Source: Pontiella sp.
GTDB lineage: Bacteria > Verrucomicrobiota > Kiritimatiellia > Kiritimatiellales > Pontiellaceae
Reading direction: 5' to 3'
Assembly: GCA_050290185.1 (NCBI GenBank)
Contig: JBNKHE010000005.1
Location: 128,001 to 192,000 of the forward strand
Length of the DNA stretch: 64,000 bases
Shown here piece by piece: positions 58,760 through 64,000 of this stretch; within the stretch, counting starts at the first letter, position 1, and every line of letters starts with the position of its first letter. The notes beneath the pieces are model-generated. The model saw only the letters and a program-made list of their open reading frames with translations. It did not search any database and was not told where the DNA came from. The position numbers were made by a program, and so were the translations under genes.

Positions 58760-59440
58760 ATGAATACGATAGCCATTGTAATTGCATGCGGCAGGGAAGA
58801 AGAAGTTTCTACAGAAACAGAAGCCGGCTTCCTTACCCTAGGGGATACCCCCGTGATAGCCCACTCCCTAAAAACCCTCGAAAAAACACCTTCCATTGAG
58901 GGCATTATCATCGCGGTATCCAAGAACCGCGTAGATTCAGCAATGCACGTAATCAAACGCTTTGGCATCCAGAAAGTATTCGGCGTTGTCGTGGGCGGAG
59001 TAAATCGTCATAGCACGCTGAAGACGGTTCTAGCCAAACTTCCCCATCAGCCCTCTATCATTGTTATACACGAAGCATCGCGCCCTTTTACTACCCGGGA
59101 AGTATTCGAAGAAACGGTGAAGGCTGGCAGGCGATACGGATGCGCCATTGCCGCACACAAGTTGCCGGATGCTGTAAAACTGGCTCCCAAAGGGCTGAAG
59201 GCAACGGGTACATTGGAGAGGAATACGGCCTGGTCCGCACAAACCCCACAGGTGTTTAAAACGGATGTGCTTGAAAAAATCGCAGGAAACAAGAGTGCTA
59301 AAATCGTCGATGATGAATCGGAGTTTGTCAAAAAACCGACTGAGGTTCACATGGTTGAGGCCGGCGGGGTTAACATGAAAATCCGCACATCGGATGATTT
59401 GGCCATAGCAACGGCACTGATCAATGCCAAAATTACCTGA
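58760..59440 (+). CDS. IspD/TarI-like cytidylyltransferase homolog with a degenerate nucleotide-binding loop
   Basis: GG..R..T, HEASRP, AQTPQVF, DDE and NMKI motifs; N-terminal loop reads ACGREEE instead of AAG.G.R. Confidence 0.7.
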   Translation: MNTIAIVIACGREEEVSTETEAGFLTLGDTPVIAHSLKTLEKTPSIEGIIIAVSKNRVDSAMHVIKRFGIQKVFGVVVGGVNRHSTLKTVLAKLPHQPSIIVIHEASRPFTTREVFEETVKAGRRYGCAIAAHKLPDAVKLAPKGLKATGTLERNTAWSAQTPQVFKTDVLEKIAGNKSAKIVDDESEFVKKPTEVHMVEAGGVNMKIRTSDDLAIATALINAKIT

Positions 59441-59443
59441 ACG

Positions 59444-60169
59444 CTAGCGTCCGTAATCCAACCGTAGGGCATTCCTGAAGGGCAGACCGGCGTTTCTTAT
59501 TTTTTTCTGCGTGGCGGAAATCTCATATTCTACCCGGCGCAGCTCAATCGTTTCCTGCTCCAGGTCGTAGATGGCGTAGGCCGACTTTGGATTGCGGTCG
59601 CGCGGCTGGCCGACACTGCCGACATTAACTAGGTATTTGAAGCCGGGTTTGAGCTTCAAGGTTTCGTAGAATCCCTTTTCAATGCTGTCGCCATCGCTTA
59701 CAAATGCAAGCGGTACATGGGTGTGGCCAAAGAAGCAAACGTTTGAAAACTGATTGAGGAAACTGGACTCGGCAGCGGTGCGCTTGAATATATAATTCCA
59801 ACGGTTTGGATTGCTCAGGGAACTATGGACGATCGTGAAACTTTCGATGTCCTTGAGCATGGGAAGCTCACGCAGGTATTTTCGATCAAGCAGCGAGAGC
59901 TGCTTGCGGGTCCAGTAGATGCTCCGCTGAGCCATCGTGGTGAAAAGTTCCATGGATTCATTGCACCCGGCATAATAGTCGTGGTTGCCCTGAACCACTT
60001 CGCAACCAAGCCCGCGAACCAATTTTAAACAAGCCTTGGGGTCTGCATTATAGCCCACCACATCACCCGTACAGGCATAATGCGTTACACCCTGTTTTTC
60101 AGCATCCTGCAGGACGGCCTGCAGCGCCTCAAGATTGGCATGTATGTCGCCTAAAATTGCATACTTCAT
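59444..60169 (-). CDS. Metallophosphoesterase (calcineurin-like, YfcE/MJ0912-type)
   Basis: DIHAN, GDVVGY, GNHD, GHTH and GSVGQPRD motifs. Confidence 0.9.
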   Translation of the reverse strand: MKYAILGDIHANLEALQAVLQDAEKQGVTHYACTGDVVGYNADPKACLKLVRGLGCEVVQGNHDYYAGCNESMELFTTMAQRSIYWTRKQLSLLDRKYLRELPMLKDIESFTIVHSSLSNPNRWNYIFKRTAAESSFLNQFSNVCFFGHTHVPLAFVSDGDSIEKGFYETLKLKPGFKYLVNVGSVGQPRDRNPKSAYAIYDLEQETIELRRVEYEISATQKKIRNAGLPFRNALRLDYGR

Positions 60170-60459
60170 TAAAATGAGATCCCAAATCGGTTGTATTTTC
60201 CTGTGGCGGTTTCCCAGCCAACCCGATCCTGCATGATATACGGCCTCAATGGCGAGTTCCGGATATCATAAATAAAATCGGAAAGTTCGGCCTCTTCGCC
60301 CTCGGCGACCAGCTCCACATCGCCATTGTCCAGATTCCGCACAAAACCAGTGACCGCAAATTTCTCGGCAATGCGGCAGACGGTGAACCTGAAGCCGACG
60401 CCCTGTACCCGACCGGAAAAGAGGGCGTGGAGACGCTTCTGCTCTGCATCGGAATTCAT
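60169..60459 (-). CDS. acyP: Acylphosphatase
   Basis: GRVQGVGFR and GFVRNL.NG.VE motifs. Confidence 0.92.
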   Translation of the reverse strand: MNSDAEQKRLHALFSGRVQGVGFRFTVCRIAEKFAVTGFVRNLDNGDVELVAEGEEAELSDFIYDIRNSPLRPYIMQDRVGWETATGKYNRFGISF

Positions 60460-60572
60460 CGGTTTCTTATAGCCCAACATGGACTGAGCAGCAAAGTTTC
60501 AATAGGTTAAAATAAAGGTATTTAAATTCGGTAAACCATGCACAATCAAAACGCTGAACGAAGGAGATCCGT

Positions 60573-61214
60573 ATGACTGAAAATCAATTCGAAGGACGCT
60601 ACCAGTCGGGAGATACCCCTTGGGATCATGGCATGGTGGATGACAATCTTATCGAAGTCGTCTCCAGGCATACGATAAATCCATGCCGTGTTCTGGATGT
60701 GGGTTGCGGAACCGGCGAAAACGCCATCTGGCTTGCACAGCAGGGTTTTGATGTCGTCGCATGTGATTTGTCGTCAACAGCGATACAGCGGGCCAAAGCA
60801 AAGCTTTCTTCGATAACCACAGACATATGCTTTCTCGTTGCCGACTTTCTGGTCGACTCCATTTCTGATGCACCTTTTTCCTTTATATTTGACCGTGGCT
60901 GCCTGCATTGCATGTCGGGAGATTCCGACCGAAAATCCTTTGTACAAAAAATCGCCAAGCTTCTGGATGAAGAGGGCTATTGGCTATCACTTGTCGGCAA
61001 TGCCGATGAAGGGGAGCGGGGGGTTGGACCACCCCAGCTCACGGCAAGCGAACTGACTTCGGTCGTGGAACCGTATTTCGAAATCCTGTCGCTCACCGCC
61101 GGCCATTTTGGTTCGGACCAGGAGATTCCTCCCCGAGCGTGGATCTGCCTGATGCGCAAACGAAGGTCACGACGATCGTTCGGACCGGGTAAAAACCGGT
61201 TCTCCAGGCGTTGA
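60573..61214 (+). CDS. Class I SAM-dependent methyltransferase (TPMT-like)
   Basis: Y..G.TPWD, LDVGCGTG, FDRGCLH; AAGGAG RBS. Confidence 0.85.
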   Translation: MTENQFEGRYQSGDTPWDHGMVDDNLIEVVSRHTINPCRVLDVGCGTGENAIWLAQQGFDVVACDLSSTAIQRAKAKLSSITTDICFLVADFLVDSISDAPFSFIFDRGCLHCMSGDSDRKSFVQKIAKLLDEEGYWLSLVGNADEGERGVGPPQLTASELTSVVEPYFEILSLTAGHFGSDQEIPPRAWICLMRKRRSRRSFGPGKNRFSRR

Positions 61215-61931
61215 AAGTTCAGGCATGTATTCGTAGCCGTCTTCGGAAAATCCAAGAATCCCATCGGCATCGGTCACCCGGTTTTCAATAAGAAAGCGCG
61301 CCATGGTCCCGCGCGCTTTCTTGGCATAGAAGCTGATGATCTTGAATTTTCCGTTTTTCTCGTCCTTGAATACGGGGGAGATAATTTTCTTTTCCAGTTT
61401 CCTGCAGTCGATGGCCTTGAAGTATTCCTGAGAGGCCAGATTCACAAGCAACGTTCCTTTTTCGGAATTAAGGCTATCAGTAACCGTACCCCGCCAGAAT
61501 TCATACAGGTTTTTCGCTCCGCGGGTTTCCAGAGGCCGGCCCATTTCGAGCCGGTAGGGCTGGATCAGATCGAGCGGGCGAAGCAATCCGTAAAGACCGG
61601 AGAGAATGCGCAGGTGGTTCTGGGCATACTGTAGGTCGCGCTTCTTCAAGTTGGATGCATCCAGGCCTTCGTAGACATCGCCGGTAAATGCAAGCAGGGC
61701 CTGCTTGGCGTTCTCAAGCGAGAAGGGCGGATTCCAATCCGCGAAGCGTTGGTGGTTGAGCTGGGCCAGCTTTTCGCTGATGGCCATGAATTCCATCAGT
61801 TCAGAAGTAGAAAACCTGCGGGCTTTTTCAACAAGCTTTTTGGATTGTTCAAGGAACGCCGGTTGCGTGGCACCGGCCACTTCTGCGGGTTCCATATCCA
61901 TGCTTTTCGAAGGTGAGAGTACAATAATCAT
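61167..61931 (-). CDS. yaaA: Peroxide stress protein YaaA
   Basis: LSPSK, FTGDVY, ILSGLYGLLRPLD, YRLEMG, NLAS.EY and AKKARG motifs. Confidence 0.93.
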   Translation of the reverse strand: MIIVLSPSKSMDMEPAEVAGATQPAFLEQSKKLVEKARRFSTSELMEFMAISEKLAQLNHQRFADWNPPFSLENAKQALLAFTGDVYEGLDASNLKKRDLQYAQNHLRILSGLYGLLRPLDLIQPYRLEMGRPLETRGAKNLYEFWRGTVTDSLNSEKGTLLVNLASQEYFKAIDCRKLEKKIISPVFKDEKNGKFKIISFYAKKARGTMARFLIENRVTDADGILGFSEDGYEYMPELSTPGEPVFTRSERSS

Positions 61932-62208
61932 TTTTCAAGCATCTTACGAATTACGAATGGGTTCGAGCAGGAATAAATCGCGCCCTTTGTCTGAAGGTTC
62001 CCGGCAATTCGGGATTGAATCCGCAGATGTGTTGGGAGCCGGACAGCGCGTGAAAAATAAGGATGGCGTTATCCTTGTTTTCATTCTGTGTACCCTAGGT
62101 TTCGTAGGTCAGAGAGACCGGATCAAATTCCTGTCCATCGTGCAGCATAAGGCGGGATTCTGAATTTTCATCATAGGTGTAGAATTGAGTGCCTACTTCC
62201 GCCGCATC

Positions 62209-62246
62209 CAATAAGGCCATCCCCGTAAAAAGGGATGGCCTTATTG
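62209..62246 (-). terminator. Hairpin terminator after metY
   Basis: CAATAAGGCCATCCC...GGGATGGCCTTATTG, perfect 15-bp inverted repeat. Confidence 0.75.
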
Positions 62247-62252
62247 CATTAC

Positions 62253-63533
62253 TTAAACATTCGACAAAGCCTGATCAATATCAGACAGGATGTCGTCGAT
62301 ATGCTCAAGTCCTACCGAGAGACGAACCAGATCCGGAGTGATGCGTGCTCCGGCCTGTTGCTCTTCGGAGAGTTGCGAGTGCGTCGTTGTCGCCGGATGG
62401 ATCGCCAGACTGCGCGCATCGCCGACGTTGGCGAGATGAGAGAACAACTCGAGGTTCTCAATGAACTTCTTGCCGGCTTCCGCACCGCCTTTGATGCCGA
62501 AGACCACCATGCCGCCAGCGCCATCGGGGAGGTATTTCTGGGCCAGCTCGTAGGACGGGTCGCCTTCGAGTGCCGGATGGCGGACCCAGGTCACCTTGTC
62601 ATGATTCTTCAGATGCTTTGCAACAGCAAGACCGTTCTGGGAATGCCGCTCCATGCGCAAGCCCAGGGTTTCAATGCCCTGTAAGGCCATCCAGGCGTTG
62701 TCCGGCGATATGCAGGCACCGAGATTACGTAATGGAATCAGTCGCATGCGAAGAATGTAGGCAAGCGGTGCTAGATCTCCGAGATCGTTGGCAAAGCTGA
62801 CGTTCCAATAGCTCGGTTCGGGATCGGAGAGCAGGGGATGCTTGCCGGTGGTCCAGTCGAACTTTCCGGAGTCGACCACAACCCCGCCGATGCCGGTGCC
62901 GTGTCCGCCCAGCCACTTGGTGAGCGAGTGAACAACAATGTCAGCGCCGTGTTCCAGCGGACGACAAAGTGCCGGGGTGGTGAAGGTGCTGTCGACGATC
63001 AGTGGAAGACCATGCGCGTGAGCGATATCGGCAATGGCCTGAATATCAACCACGTCTAGCAGCGGGTTCCCGACGGTTTCAGCGTAGAGCGCCTTGGTCT
63101 TGCTGGTAATGGCCGCTTCATAGTTTTTCGGATCGGTGGGATCAACGAAATTGACCTTAATCCCCATCGACGGAAGAATATTGTTAAACTGCGTGTAGGT
63201 GCCGCCATACAGATTGTTGGCCGATACGATTTCATCGCCGGATTTAGCCAGATTGATGATACTGTAGAAAATGGCACTCGTACCGGATGCAAGCCCCAAA
63301 CCGGCCGCGCCGCCTTCGAGCGCGGCAATGCGCTGCTCAAGCACATCTGTCGTCGGGTTCATGAGCCGGGTATAGATATTTCCAAGCTCTTTCAGTGTAA
63401 AGAGGTTCGCGGCATGTTCGGTGCTGTCGAAGCGATAGGATGCAGTACGGTACAACGGTACGGCATGTGATTTTGTCGTGGCTTCCACGGACTCGTAGCC
63501 TGCATGGAGGCATTTTGTTTCCAGTTTGCTCAT
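62253..63533 (-). CDS. metY: O-acetylhomoserine aminocarboxypropyltransferase (sulfhydrylase)
   Basis: YTRLMNPT, YGGT, HSLTKWLGGHG, HLANVGD and HPATTTH motifs. Confidence 0.93.
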   Translation of the reverse strand: MSKLETKCLHAGYESVEATTKSHAVPLYRTASYRFDSTEHAANLFTLKELGNIYTRLMNPTTDVLEQRIAALEGGAAGLGLASGTSAIFYSIINLAKSGDEIVSANNLYGGTYTQFNNILPSMGIKVNFVDPTDPKNYEAAITSKTKALYAETVGNPLLDVVDIQAIADIAHAHGLPLIVDSTFTTPALCRPLEHGADIVVHSLTKWLGGHGTGIGGVVVDSGKFDWTTGKHPLLSDPEPSYWNVSFANDLGDLAPLAYILRMRLIPLRNLGACISPDNAWMALQGIETLGLRMERHSQNGLAVAKHLKNHDKVTWVRHPALEGDPSYELAQKYLPDGAGGMVVFGIKGGAEAGKKFIENLELFSHLANVGDARSLAIHPATTTHSQLSEEQQAGARITPDLVRLSVGLEHIDDILSDIDQALSNV

Positions 63534-63633
63534 GGTTTTTCCCTTTCTGTGTTTAACTGCACGTAATGCGAACATGCAATAGAGAGAGAGGAACTTTGAG
63601 GAAAGTCGCCGACTATTTTCCCTTCCCGGGAAC

Positions 63634-63730
63634 ACATCGTTCTTTGCTCAGCAAAGCCTGGCCTTGGCACCTTAACTTTTCAGGTTGCCGGGCGATCAAT
63701 GGGCCAGTTCCCTCACGCCACTCTCAATGC
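63634..63730 (-). ncRNA. SAM-I riboswitch
   Basis: Minus strand GCATTG-AGAG-TGGCGTGAGGGA-ACTGGCCC-ATTGATCGCC-CGGCAACC...AAGGTGCCAA...CTTTGCTGAGCAAAG-AACGATGT; P1 GCATTG/CGATGT; upstream of metY. Confidence 0.92.
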
Positions 63731-63853
63731 ATAAATATGATTAACAAGGTAGTATATTGGGTGATTTAGTCAAGTGCTCTAGGTGACAATTTTTACCCCA
63801 TGAACACCAACCAATTACACCACCTGCGCATGAGTTGCAATAGGGTTCGCAGG

Positions 63854-64000
63854 CTAGGTGTCCATCGATTTTTTATCCGCGATGGCTTTGCGCAACAGTT
63901 TTAATTCGGCCGGTTTTGCATATCGCCATTCGCCTGGCTTGAGGTCTTCCATGCGAATCGGTCCGATGGCAATACGCATCAACCGGAACACCTTTTTTTC
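63854..64000 (-). CDS. C-terminus of an RsuA/RluB-family pseudouridine synthase (truncated by window edge)
   Basis: Reads VFRLMRIAIGPIRMEDLKPGEWR...; stop at 63854. Confidence 0.75.
   Translation of the reverse strand, partial: EKKVFRLMRIAIGPIRMEDLKPGEWRYAKPAELKLLRKAIADKKSMDT

Noticed and set aside
63596..63620. RNase P RNA (GAGGAAAGTC motif)
   Set aside because: The other conserved regions are absent and the sequence lies in the antisense of the SAM riboswitch leader.

Overview
This 64 kb window is mostly housekeeping and accessory-metabolism chromosome. The protein families and repeat types suggest a PVC-superphylum bacterium, probably Kiritimatiellota/Verrucomicrobia-like; this is an inference. 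Recognisable genes: cls, deoC, efp-epmA, murG-murC, uxuA, tRNA-Arg(CCT), an ATP-cone class II RNR with two NrdR boxes, fhs, pyrC, pyrF, purQ, manA, a PIN-PhoH gene, yaaA, and metY behind a SAM-I riboswitch. The best candidates for novel biology are: (1) a DeoR-controlled sugar-catabolic operon joining a complete 2-oxoacid-dehydrogenase-type complex (E2, E3, fused E1 alpha-beta) to a PHP hydrolase, an SrlD-like SDR, a SorE-like reductase and a RhaB-like kinase, with no intact aldolase; (2) two radical-SAM fusions, MqnE-MqnC and YhcC/YtqA(MnmL)-MnmD; (3) dispersed 7-nt-period and REP-like palindromic repeats, several in frame inside genes; (4) tandem paralogs with a TonB-like SxxxH anchor and a PA14-like domain; (5) a structured, terminator-containing intergenic region upstream of fhs; (6) a glucosylglycerate/mannosylglucosylglycerate cluster with a degenerate M20 peptidase and no phosphatase. 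I saw no integrase, transposase, CRISPR array or rRNA. All calls come from motif recognition by eye; no searches were run.
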